64,000 nucleotides of DNA from the NCBI GenBank assembly GCA_963729605.1, contig CAVSNY010000007.1, forward strand, positions 544,001-608,000, given 5' to 3'. This DNA is from an uncultured Gammaproteobacteria bacterium. GTDB lineage: Bacteria; Pseudomonadota; Gammaproteobacteria; DRLM01. Shown one piece after another: positions 51,900 to 61,408 of the stretch. Below the pieces are notes generated by a model. The model was not told where the DNA came from. It saw nothing but the letters and a program-made list of their open reading frames with translations, and made no database searches. Both the position numbers and the translations under genes were made by a program. Every line of letters begins with the position of its first letter. Position 1 is the stretch's first letter.

Positions 51900-52330
51900 C
51901 TCTGCCGCAGTTCTGCGGTCGGACCTAACGGCAAAACTCGCGGAAGCCAATGCCGGATACCTCCCGGCCTGCAACAGCCCGCGCGCGAGGAGAAACGTCA
52001 GCAGCGCATGCCATAGTCCGGTGTTGCCAAGCGGCTGCAACGTCCACCAAATCGCAAAATAAATCGCGAGCGCAATCAGCATCAGGTCGCGCCGATGAAG
52101 ATGCCGTCATAGCCATAGGCGAGCACGCCGGCGGTCGGCGCGAGCGCGGCGAAAATGAGGAACAGCCGGGGCGGCTTCCCGGACTTCGGAGCTCGTGGTC
52201 ATCAGGTCGATCAAGAGTTCGCCGCCCACGAGGAAAAACGCGCTGGTCGCGACGCCGAAGCCGAATCCCCAGGCGAGGATCAGCCGCACCGCGCGCGAAG
52301 GCGACTCGGTCGCGCGCGCCCACCGAGCTG
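51900..52330 (-). pseudogene. MATE/DinF efflux protein C-terminal fragment
   Basis: LIDLMTTSSEVR, YDGIFIGAT, LGNTGLWHALLTFLLARG across frames. Confidence 0.7.
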
Positions 52331-52341
52331 TAGCAGCCCGA

Positions 52342-52748
52342 TGCAGCTGGTGGATCACCTTTTTGTGTTCGAAGGCAATGGTGTTGTCCGCGATTTCCGG
52401 GCAACTCTACCGAGTACCGCGACAGGAAAGAATGGGAAGACAGGAACAAGCCTGCAGAGCAGATCACAGCTCCTGTTGAATAACGGAAGAGAAAAAAGCA
52501 GAGCCTGTTGCTGCAAAGCCGGAGCCAGCTGCCAATAAAAAGAAGCCGAGCTTCAAGGGAAAGTTTGAATACGAGCAGTTAGAGAAAGAGACAGCAGCGC
52601 TTGAAAAGAAGAGAAACACTTTCCGAAAAACTGAACAGCGGCATCAGCGATCATAACGAGATCGCGAAATGTTCGCAGCGCATTTCAGCTCATTTCCGAG
52701 CTGGATGAAAAAGGGCTGAGGTGGCTGGAGTTGAGGGAGATGATGTAA
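52342..52748 (+). pseudogene. ABC-F (Uup-like) C-terminal fragment
   Basis: LVDHLFVFEGNGVVRDF, KFEYEQLEKE, ELDEKGLRWLEL across frameshifts. Confidence 0.65.
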
Positions 52749-52777
52749 TCTCCCCAAAGAAAGGAATTACCTGCTAT

Positions 52778-53941
52778 TTACTCCTTTGTGCAGATTCGCA
52801 TATTATTTGTATAATTTTTCCTTGCTGCGGTGGTCGTTTGCAACACTTTTTCTATGTTTGCACCCTGATTTTCGAAGCAGGCATTATCCACCCAATTATG
52901 AAAGGCCATGGGGGCATTTGGAATATTGCTGGGGTTGGTAACGCGCGCTACCGATATTCCATCAATAAAGTATTCGATGCAGTTGCTATTCATTACAATC
53001 TGGTATTCGTGCCAGTTCTCGTCAAGATCGGGGAGACGCACCACCGAAAATTGAAGCCCGTTAAACGTATGTGCAAAGAAGCCGTTGTTCTCCTCGCTTA
53101 CATTCCCCTGCTGCTGCATGAACCAGGCTGTTTTCATTCCTACCACCGGAATTGCATTCGTGTTCCAAAAGCCCCAGCCTCGGGATCCGCCATTAATATT
53201 CTCTACTTTTATCTTTGCGGAAAAAATAATGTTATGGGCAGGAGCAAACGGAATATTTATGAAAAGGTCGTAAATAAAATTCTCCAGCTCAATGGTATCT
53301 GTGATCGTATCAACAGGGTAGGGGTTCACAATTACATTTTTGGGAAGCTGCGTAGTATAAGGGCTGTTGTACACCTCGGAATTTGAATAAGCGTTGCTAC
53401 TTGCCGGAGGAATGGAATTTACAAGGTAGTTGCCGTTGGGTGTATTGAACTCATGCGTGCCTGCAATATCAACCCGCTGAAACCAGAAATCTTCGGAAGG
53501 ATTGTGCAAGTCATAACGGTTTTTCGTATTGCAAAAAGCGACACTTTTCTCGTAATCACCAATGAGAATAAGTATATAAAATAAAGCGGACTGAATTGCC
53601 GCAGCACTATTCTTTCCAGGTGGTGAAGAGATTTTTGTTTTCAGAATATTGACAATATTTAAAGCAAGATCGAGCAAGGCATGATGATTCTTTGCCTGCA
53701 AATCGATTCCTTTCAGCTCCTTGAGCCATGCTGCTTTTTTTGCTGCATCAGCGAAATTGATCTCTTCTTTTAGTTGGGGCAATGCTATTCCGGCTTCCAT
53801 AATGAGCTTTGTAAAGGAAACGGAATGGTCTGATCCGATGAGGCCGGGTTGCTGTTCAAGTGCATGGGCAAGCTTAACAGTAAAGGCAATAAAGGTAGTT
53901 GGGGTTTGCATGTTTGGGAGTGTCCATATTCTTTCGCACAT
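52778..53941 (-). CDS. Protein with C-terminal GH16/ConA-like domain
   Basis: GSRGWGFWN, WHEYQI...IEYFIDG, HNWVDN; AT-rich. Confidence 0.6.
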   Translation of the reverse strand: MCERIWTLPNMQTPTTFIAFTVKLAHALEQQPGLIGSDHSVSFTKLIMEAGIALPQLKEEINFADAAKKAAWLKELKGIDLQAKNHHALLDLALNIVNILKTKISSPPGKNSAAAIQSALFYILILIGDYEKSVAFCNTKNRYDLHNPSEDFWFQRVDIAGTHEFNTPNGNYLVNSIPPASSNAYSNSEVYNSPYTTQLPKNVIVNPYPVDTITDTIELENFIYDLFINIPFAPAHNIIFSAKIKVENINGGSRGWGFWNTNAIPVVGMKTAWFMQQQGNVSEENNGFFAHTFNGLQFSVVRLPDLDENWHEYQIVMNSNCIEYFIDGISVARVTNPSNIPNAPMAFHNWVDNACFENQGANIEKVLQTTTAARKNYTNNMRICTKE

Positions 53942-54122
53942 TTATTAACGGTGGTCCGTTCTGGTCACGCCGCCGCCCCCGGCGTCTCGCTGAAAGGTGA
54001 TGTATGTATAAAGCTGGTATGACTGGATGATAAAGCCGGCCTGGATCCTGGCTTATAGGCGCCCTTACCGCTCGTCATCTTGCTTATGATCTTCATTGAA
54101 AAGTCATTGCATACCATACGTG

Positions 54123-54335
54123 TTACAAACGGAGAATGCTTTTTCTCTGAGGTGAAAAATAAATTCCGTCTACAACATCGTCCTCGTCCACTTCCATAGC
54201 CGATTCTTCGATAGGCTCACCTCCAAGCTCTTTAATGAAATCGGCCGTGCCCCAAATCGGGATAGGGAGACTCATGCTCTGTTGGGACATGGTATCCCAC
54301 CCAGTAAATCTATAGACCATCACACGCTTGCCCAT
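54123..54335 (-). CDS. Small hypothetical protein (intact copy of the duplicated gene)
   Basis: AAAGGA RBS before MGKRVMVYRF...; 3' part duplicated at 48543. Confidence 0.65.
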   Translation of the reverse strand: MGKRVMVYRFTGWDTMSQQSMSLPIPIWGTADFIKELGGEPIEESAMEVDEDDVVDGIYFSPQRKSILRL

Positions 54336-54420
54336 GGCGATTCCTTTCAATAATTCCATCTGACGTTAATGCGTTGCGTTTGGCGGCGACATTTTAATAA
54401 CACTTGACGATGACGAGAGA

Positions 54421-54777
54421 TTACAAAGTCGACAACAAATAGCCATGAAGCCACCGATTCAGTAGCGGTCCCATGTCGATACCAACGCATTTTCCCAATT
54501 GGTCGTAATAGTAGGCCAGAGACTCTCGGTCCTCCTGGTCGAGGGGTTTCTCTACCGAGCAAAGCGAGGTCTTGATGTACATACTTAGCTGGGCAGGCGA
54601 AGCACCACTCTTCACCAATGACGCAAGATCACTGGCGCAACGATTAAGCGCCGCCTCTAAAGGTCCGGCCAATCGTGCCCTGCTCGGAACGCGAAGTTCC
54701 GGCTCTGCACGCTGGAACTTCGGGGCTGCCTGGAAAGTAGCCAGATCAGCAAGCATTTCGTCGCTGTCTGCGTTCAT
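54421..54777 (-). CDS. DUF4844-like hypothetical protein
   Basis: LDQEDRESLAYYYDQL...LLNRWLHG. Confidence 0.55.
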   Translation of the reverse strand: MNADSDEMLADLATFQAAPKFQRAEPELRVPSRARLAGPLEAALNRCASDLASLVKSGASPAQLSMYIKTSLCSVEKPLDQEDRESLAYYYDQLGKCVGIDMGPLLNRWLHGYLLSTL

Positions 54778-54949
54778 AAGAGGTCACGTTCGCTAAACAA
54801 CACAACAACCAGTGTTTTAAAACAGGCTCGTCTCATTGCTCGCCCTGACAATGACTGCTAATTACAGCATAGCAGACGCTCCCGGTGGTCGCGCTGATGG
54901 CGCCTCAAACATGGTCTGAGGCGAGCTTGTTACCTCTGTGGCCTTGGGC

Positions 54950-55085
54950 GCGCCGCCGCGCTCGTCGGCATCTTGAGGAATAGCAAATACGTCAACTGCT
55001 CGACGTAGTCACCATACGACAGGCCATCGTCGCGCAGCACGTTGCAGTAGTGCCAGAGTTTTTGGACGATGGTAGATGTGTTCAT
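54950..55085 (-). pseudogene. hsdM: Type I R-M HsdM 5' fragment (third copy)
   Basis: MNTSTIVQKLWHYCNVLRDDGLSYGDYVEQLTYLLFLKM. Confidence 0.85.
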
Positions 55086-55088
55086 GCG

Positions 55089-56010
55089 TCAGTTCCCAAA
55101 CAAGAATGCTTCCAATTTTTCTGCAGCCTCTTGCCGTTTCTTATCCGAGATGCGTTCCAGGTTATGCAGCTTCCACTGTACGGCAGGCAGATGTAGGGCC
55201 TGCGGATAGGCGAATTGCGTCCAATCGGCTCCGCCCTTTTTCACCGCGAGCAGAAATCGTTTGTCAGCATCCGTGAGCGTATTGTTCAATATCTGAACCA
55301 ACTGCGCCCGACTTTCGATCAATGTATCCAGACTGACCGGCTCCGCCACCATGCCAGAAAATTCCGCCCGATAGGCCGGTTCGATGTCCTGCATCGTAGG
55401 ATTCAGCAACTCCACCATAGGCCGATTGTGCGCCAGCAAGTAGACCAGAAAGACATCCTTGAGCGCGGGCGTGATCCCCTCATTGGCAAGCAACAGGTGC
55501 ACATCGTACAGATCACGGGGGTGCTGCCGATCCAGAGCTGCGCACAGCTTCCCCGCGTACAGCTCATCGAACGCCAGCACCTGCATGCGCGCATACCCAA
55601 AACCGTTGCGCACACTCTGCGACACCTCATGCAGCTCCGGCGTCAATAGGCTTCCTCTCAACACCGGCGTGACCTCCACTTTCACGGCCACGTCACCGCG
55701 TACCACCAGCAGTTTGAAGTGAAAGCGCGTGCCCTTCAGGATCGATGCGTGCACCCTGCAACCGGACACCATGCGCTCGATATCCGAAGCGATCGTGCGT
55801 AGCGCCTTATCGATACCCGCGAGAATTCGTGTTCCGTTCTTCCAGTGGCAGATAGACTAGATCGATATCCACCGACAGCCGTGGCATATTGCGCACGAAT
55901 AGATTAATCGCTGTGCCGCCTTTCAACGCAAAACATTCCTGCCGGGCCACGATCGGCAACAGGCTGACCAGCAGGCCGACCTGGTCAGAAAAAGTCTGGG
56001 CCAGCGCCAT
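55089..56010 (-). pseudogene. abiEii: AbiEii nucleotidyltransferase toxin with 1-bp frameshift near 55826
   Basis: FALKGGTAINLF, RLSVDIDL in one frame; KLCAALDRQHPRDLYD in the next; joined by ILAGIDKALR. Confidence 0.85.
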
Positions 56011-56779
56011 CCGCCATCTCTCCTGCCATGTCACGCGGTACAGTGATGAGAAATTTCCGATCCAAAACGCCGCCACGGATGATCATCCGCTTGCTTCGTC
56101 CGAGTTCCACACCGCCGGTATCCAATACTGAAAACCAGGGATGTTGATGGCGCACGCTGAACCATAGAAACAACCGCTTCGCCTTGATATGCGTGCACGC
56201 GAGCAACAGTGACCGCACCCGTTCCGGCCGCAGAGTGGCCGCTGCCGCAAACAACTCGTCGGCAACCTGGAAGTCGGTGACGGTTTCCACCTCGGCGAGC
56301 AATTCCAGAAAAGCCAATTCCGGCGTCGCGTAGCGTATGGGCCAGTCCCAATGCCCGAACGGTCGAGAGATCACCGCCTCCGCGGGCGGGACAGCAAATA
56401 GCTTCGGGTTGTGGCGCTCCAGGCGGTATTTCGCCACCAAGTCTTCAACCCAAGCCGGCCAGCGGCTCACCCCATACAGCGCTATTCGACGCCCCTCGCC
56501 CATGGGCAGGTAATGCGCCAGGCCCATCAGTTCCAGCGCACTGCGCCCGCCCACATGGACCGCATACCCCAATGCCTGGAGCGAGTAGACGACATGCTCC
56601 CACTTCAAGGGCGGTCCCGGCCGCCGATAGGCGCCTCGGGCTACCGCTTGCAATGCACCCGAGCGCAGGTAGAAGTCGACACGCGGCCGATCGAAACCCT
56701 TGGCCTTCAGCCAGTTGCGATCCACCACCTGCCCCTCGGGCAGACAGGATTCCAAGGAATGGGAGGGTTGGGCGACCAT
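55985..56779 (-). CDS. abiEi: AbiEi type IV TA antitoxin
   Basis: LPEGQVVD, HVGGRSALEL.GLAHYL, TPELAFLE, KAKRLFLW. Confidence 0.85.
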   Translation of the reverse strand: MVAQPSHSLESCLPEGQVVDRNWLKAKGFDRPRVDFYLRSGALQAVARGAYRRPGPPLKWEHVVYSLQALGYAVHVGGRSALELMGLAHYLPMGEGRRIALYGVSRWPAWVEDLVAKYRLERHNPKLFAVPPAEAVISRPFGHWDWPIRYATPELAFLELLAEVETVTDFQVADELFAAAATLRPERVRSLLLACTHIKAKRLFLWFSVRHQHPWFSVLDTGGVELGRSKRMIIRGGVLDRKFLITVPRDMAGEMADGAGPDFF

Positions 56780-56924
56780 GAGCGGTTTACCGACATCCTC
56801 TTTTGCATAGTATTGCTATGCATTATGGACAAACGCTAAACCAGAGACAAGTTTAGAGTTTACCGGCTTTGCATAGGCGGGCTATGCGAAAAAGCCTAAG
56901 GGGCAAACCAAGCAAAGGCGAAAG

Positions 56925-57005
56925 GCAGTCGCCATACAACATGCCGTCGTCGCGGAGAACGTTGCAGTAGTTCCAGAGTTTTTGGACGATGGTGGCAGTA
57001 TTCAT
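56925..57005 (-). pseudogene. hsdM: HsdM 5' fragment (second copy)
   Basis: MNTATIVQKLWNYCNVLRDDGMLYGD. Confidence 0.8.
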
Positions 57006-57084
57006 AGCCCTGCTTTATTACCCTCTCCATTACCCTTACGTCAGGGTCATTACCCTTTCTTCCGCTACCGAGCAGCCGGCTTCG

Positions 57085-57588
57085 TCATTCTGCGACATGC
57101 CCCAGGTGTTCCCGCAGCACCTCGACGGGGTAGCGGTAACCGACAGCTCCGAAGGGGATGCGGTTTAGTCTGTGGTGAAGGTCGACCAAATCAACACTTT
57201 CCAGACCCCCAGCGTGTTCGACGCTCAGCTCGACATGAAAGCGAACATCGTTCATCGACCCCAGCACGCTGCGGTTGTTGGAACGTGTGAAACGAATCGT
57301 GCGGGCTGCATCCAGCATCCTCTCGACCTGAACCTGGGTAAATTCGTCCCAGAGCAGCGCCTTGAACAGACGCTGACCAAAAACCAAATCCAGCCGCATG
57401 AACTCCGGTTTTTTCAGCCCCGGCACGAACACGGAGTACAAGGTCACATCATGCGTAAACAACACGCACTTGCGCCGCTCGATACGCAGAAGATTGGCGT
57501 GCCAGCTTTCGCCGGAAGCACTCGGGTCAACGAGGTCATCAGGAATTTCCTTCAGCAACTTCTGTGTGCAATGTATCAAGAGCGGCAT
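57085..57588 (-). CDS. DUF6933-like hypothetical protein
   Basis: LIHCTQKLL, WHANLL, NRSVLGSMND, LNRIP. Confidence 0.65.
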   Translation of the reverse strand: MPLLIHCTQKLLKEIPDDLVDPSASGESWHANLLRIERRKCVLFTHDVTLYSVFVPGLKKPEFMRLDLVFGQRLFKALLWDEFTQVQVERMLDAARTIRFTRSNNRSVLGSMNDVRFHVELSVEHAGGLESVDLVDLHHRLNRIPFGAVGYRYPVEVLREHLGHVAE

Positions 57589-57599
57589 ACGGATCGATC

Positions 57600-58173
57600 C
57601 GTCAACACGAGCAGCCGCCGCAGCTTCGCCGGGTCTTGAAGCTTGTTCTGCGACTTGTTGAAGATCAGCCCGAGCAAGCCCTTCTGGTTGCCCAACGCCT
57701 CAAGCATGTGACGGTAGTGATGAACGGTTCGTCACGTCCAGCCACGTAATAGTGCTATTACGTAAGCCCTCAAGCGTGTGGCGATAGTGATCGAACAGCT
57801 CGTCGCCGTCACAAACCAAACCCCCTCTCCCGCTCGCGGGAGAGGGCTGGGGTGAGGGCGGCCAACCGTACTTCTCCGGTACCGGGCTCGTCTGGTTATA
57901 CGGCGCCTTGGTGCGCTCGTCGGCCATCACCCCTTCTAATCCCCTCTCCCTCTGGGAGAGGGCTAGGGTGAGGGCATACGTCAACTGCTCAGAGCCTGCC
58001 CTGTGTGAAGTCGAAGGGTACTCGCCATACGACATGCCGTCGTCGCGCAGGGTGAGCCGGGGTTTCTCGCGAGCACCTGCGTACTCGCGTGCCGGCGAAC
58101 GGATGCGGCTCTGTCCACACCCTGGGCCGTTGCAGTAGTTCCAGAGTTTTTGGACGATATTGGACGAGTTCAT
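57600..58173 (-). pseudogene. hsdM: HsdM 5' fragment (first copy) interrupted by repeats
   Basis: MNSSNIVQKLWNYCN..LRDDGMSYG..EQLTY..MADERTKAPY..GDELFDHYRHTLE..KSQNKLQDPAKLRRL with inserted palindromes. Confidence 0.85.
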
Positions 58174-58191
58174 GGAATCGGTTCGTGCTAC

Positions 58192-59151
58192 TTAGTTTTC
58201 GTTTTCGGACTTCACGACGAAGTCTGCATATGAGAGGTGACCTCGCACCCTCTGCATATCGTCGTCTCTAATCTTTCCAGACGCCAATAGGTGTTTGAAT
58301 GCGCGAATCCTGTTTCTATATCCCTTTGTTAAGCGAGGAGTACTGCCGTGCACCAATAGACCGTGCACCTTCAAGCGTGCGGGTAATTTGCTTAGATGCT
58401 CTTTTTCTGGAGCTATGTCCCAGCCCCCACTGGTAACAATCGCTCTAACGCGTTCAGCAAGTTCGTGTGGCGGCTCACCTTGGCCCGAAAAGACAATATC
58501 ATCGGCGTATCTGGTGTAACGAATGTTTTCTGCTTTAGCGATGTCCTGAAGCTGAATATCGAAAGGCGTAAAAACGAGATTGGATAACACTGGGCTGGCC
58601 GGTGACCCTTGTGGCAAGCGCGCATTCAGCGTGCACAAGCGGGTAATCAATGTGGCGCCATGCTCCGCGTACCCCAGGCTAGTCAGTGCCCCTAACACCT
58701 GGTCTGAGGTGGTGCTCGAAAAAAAATCCCGGATATCGAGCGAATAAACCCAAGTTGCGTCGCAATGAATTTTGGCAGCACCTACGACAGATCTGCCTTG
58801 CACAAATCCATAAATGCAGTCTGGCAATTCAACGCTTGCGCTCAGATGCGCGCCAATCCATCGCTGAACCACCTTAAGCGCCACACGTGGTGCTTGTATT
58901 TGTCGTGTCTTCTTACCCTTCTTGATCTTAAAGTTTCGATAGTAGCGATGAGGGACACGGACCATTGTGCCTACGAATTCTGCGCTAACGCCAAAAAGGG
59001 TACTAACGGTACGAAGGGAAACGGCCGGCGGAAGGCCTTTCTCAGCAAGAGCACGAATTTCTGGCTCGTAGGTCTCTCGCGTTTGCTGAGGCAGCGACTC
59101 TACTAAAGTGTCAACTGAGGAAAAGGAAACGAGGAGTGGCGGCGCGTTCAT
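58192..59151 (-). CDS. Retron-type reverse transcriptase
   Basis: R.I.AP...LK.VQRWI, YGFV.GRS..GAAKIH (region X), LDIRDFF, LPQGSPASP.LSN, YTRYADDIVFS, VHGL (region Y VTG variant). Confidence 0.92.
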   Translation of the reverse strand: MNAPPLLVSFSSVDTLVESLPQQTRETYEPEIRALAEKGLPPAVSLRTVSTLFGVSAEFVGTMVRVPHRYYRNFKIKKGKKTRQIQAPRVALKVVQRWIGAHLSASVELPDCIYGFVQGRSVVGAAKIHCDATWVYSLDIRDFFSSTTSDQVLGALTSLGYAEHGATLITRLCTLNARLPQGSPASPVLSNLVFTPFDIQLQDIAKAENIRYTRYADDIVFSGQGEPPHELAERVRAIVTSGGWDIAPEKEHLSKLPARLKVHGLLVHGSTPRLTKGYRNRIRAFKHLLASGKIRDDDMQRVRGHLSYADFVVKSENEN

Positions 59152-59307
59152 GGGAAGAGCAAAGCTGAAAAGCTTTCGTTGACGCAGCCTGCAGAACTGC
59201 GGGTGATTCGAAGGAGCACCCGCAGTTCTGCAGGCTTCCTTCTGTCCCTGGTCTTCGCTAGTGGGCGTGATACACGCCCGCACGAGTGCGCCGCCACAAA
59301 TCCCACT
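59152..59307 (-). ncRNA. Putative retron msr-msd ncRNA
   Basis: Intergenic, directly 5' of the RT; short hairpin 59263-59279 precedes a perfect 20-bp stem at 59186-59236. Confidence 0.75.
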
Positions 59308-60054
59308 TTACCACTCCTTGCGCCGGGAAAGTAAGAGCATCCGCTCAACATCCGTGCTGGACCGGGAGCGGGAATGGGGGACCAGATCGAGGCCTGTCGC
59401 CGTCAGGACGTACGACCCACTGTGTTCCCTAAGTACAAGGCCCTTCTTACGGGCCGTATCAAGCCGCCTAGATAACCATCGGTCATTTGGAATAATGAAC
59501 CCACGACCCCGTAGATACTCAATGACTGCCGCTATCTTGGCTGGTGACAAGGCCTTTAGCGCACGGAGTATTGCGGCAATGGACGGTTCCGGGGAGCCGG
59601 GCGGTATGAATTCGATGCCCTCGACTTTCAATGCTGCAGCGTCAAGGTACTCGTTTGCTTGCTCACTAATCTGTTTAACGGAGGCATCCGTTGCCTCGCT
59701 TTTTAGGGAAACCCATATTTGAGCAGATTCACCGGTCACGAATGACATATAGATACCGGAGACATTGTCTGGATATCTACGCACTAACAAAGCTTCAAGA
59801 CCCGCCTCCAAGGAATCCAATTGATGCTCTTGGCGAAAGGCAGTGACAACATTCACGTTGAATTTCTCACGTATCATGCGCCCTAGATACGCAAGCTGGC
59901 GCTTAGAAGTGAAGCCTTTTCCAGATATCTCCCTTACGCACTTAAGTGGAATCTCAAGCACTAAGGTATTGGATGGCTCGTCAAAGTGGAAAGACGTCAC
60001 ATAGTCTGCCTTACGACCCTTTAGGTACGCCGCGATGTCTTTTTCGTTATACAA
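59308..60054 (-). CDS. Retron-associated protein with C-terminal winged HTH
   Basis: AILRALKALSP...WLSRRLDTARKKGLV...SYVLTATG; overlaps the HEPN gene stop. Confidence 0.75.
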   Translation of the reverse strand: MYNEKDIAAYLKGRKADYVTSFHFDEPSNTLVLEIPLKCVREISGKGFTSKRQLAYLGRMIREKFNVNVVTAFRQEHQLDSLEAGLEALLVRRYPDNVSGIYMSFVTGESAQIWVSLKSEATDASVKQISEQANEYLDAAALKVEGIEFIPPGSPEPSIAAILRALKALSPAKIAAVIEYLRGRGFIIPNDRWLSRRLDTARKKGLVLREHSGSYVLTATGLDLVPHSRSRSSTDVERMLLLSRRKEW

Positions 60055-60547
60055 GACCCAACTCCTTCGATATACCTAGCAATACACCTATCGCCTGATC
60101 TACGCGGGTTTTCCAATTTCTTGCTTCTGCCCTGGTATGGTTTGCCAGTGCAAAGTCTGCATGATTGAATAAGACAGGCTGCTCAGGTTTGTAATCAGCT
60201 ACGACACGAACGTTGTAAGCAATACGAAGAATGCTGGCGATTTCGCTCGATGCCTGGCCCGCCTGCTTTGAGATTGCACGCTCCCTTGACGTTGTGATGG
60301 TGTCGTGTTTTTTCAACTTCTTTGCTTGATTCCGAATAATTCTCAGCACGTCACCCTCTAGCAGATCTGGCAATCCGCTATGAGTTCTTCTACCCCAATC
60401 CGCATCAAGCGCTGATACAAATTTACGTACACCAAGAAATGTCGCGTAGTAATAGCGGTTAAAAGCGCTGCGCGCGAAGGCATCCGCATCAAGGGGCTCT
60501 TTTTGCACCTTGGCTTCACTAGACAAATGTTCAGCTACCTGATGCAA
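60047..60547 (-). CDS. Retron-associated HEPN domain protein
   Basis: RSAFNRYYYA, TH, RVVADY pattern of HEPN proteins; TTG start. Confidence 0.78.
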   Translation of the reverse strand: MHQVAEHLSSEAKVQKEPLDADAFARSAFNRYYYATFLGVRKFVSALDADWGRRTHSGLPDLLEGDVLRIIRNQAKKLKKHDTITTSRERAISKQAGQASSEIASILRIAYNVRVVADYKPEQPVLFNHADFALANHTRAEARNWKTRVDQAIGVLLGISKELGLV

Positions 60548-60550
60548 CTC

Positions 60551-61408
60551 TTAGGTCCTCCGCAAAGGGACGAATGAGTTCGCGAGCGTAGCTTGGCGCA
60601 GGCGCTCGGCTCGCTGGAGGTTGGCGTCCACCTCAGCCCCGGTTTCGCGGAGAATGGAGAGGCGACGGTCGATTTCGGCGACCACTCGCAGCTGTTCTGC
60701 AACTGGCGCTACAGGGAGTGGTAGCTGTGCGAATGACTCGCGAGTGAAATGCTTGATCGTGCTGCCTGTAAACCAACGCTCAAGCCGACCAGTCTTTGCC
60801 AAGAATTCTAGATAAAAGACGAGCAATCTCTGCTCATAACCAGCCTTAAACCTCACGCGGTGGATGGCCTTCTGGTACATCATTCCAAGAACTCGGCCAT
60901 CCCAAATGGCTGCTCTGCCTGGTTCGCCTCCCTCGCACACCAAAACATCCCCGGTTTGCAATCCATACCTTTCAAGCTCGCTATCTTTGAAAAACATCGT
61001 CAGCAAGTCTGATGAGTCAGCCGAATCCCAGCGAACATTGATGTTTCGAAGGTAAGGCAACTCCTTCCCTAATTGATGCTTCTGCTTATCCAGCATCTTT
61101 CCCAGCTGAACATTCGCTAGCTGTTCTACCGTCGCCCACACCCACCCCTCCGGCAATTCTGGCAGGTCGGTGGTGTCGGGCGCGGCGGGTTCTTTGTATT
61201 TGCCCTTACCTTTCCACTGGCTGCGGCGGGTTTCGAGGATGCGTTGCAGGAGTTGTTCGCCGGTTTCGTAGCTGCGGCCTTCGCTGCGGGCGAGTTCCAC
61301 GCCGCGGTAAGCCGTGATATTGGCTTGGTCGACATCGCAGACATGCCAGCCCGCTTGGGCAAGCAATTGATCGATCTCCCCTCGGGCGTCTTGTTCCGGA
61401 TTCCCCAT
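60551..61408 (-). pseudogene. hsdS: HsdR N-terminus fused in frame to the C-terminal half of HsdS
   Basis: PEQDARGEIDQLLAQAGW (HsdR start), then LLQRIL...LPELPEGWVW...PLPVAPVAEQLRVV...LRQATL (one TRD). Confidence 0.78.

Noticed and set aside
54340-54950. attC sites around the DUF4844-like gene
   Set aside because: No convincing RYYYAAC...GTTRRRY palindrome was found.
58192-59151. Group II intron or DGR reverse transcriptase
   Set aside because: The RT is short, lacks maturase/endonuclease domains, has no TR/VR pair or avd gene, and shows retron region X/Y motifs.
59152-59283. N-terminal extension of the RT from position 59283
   Set aside because: It runs through the long hairpin; ATG 59151 (MNAPP) is the more plausible start.
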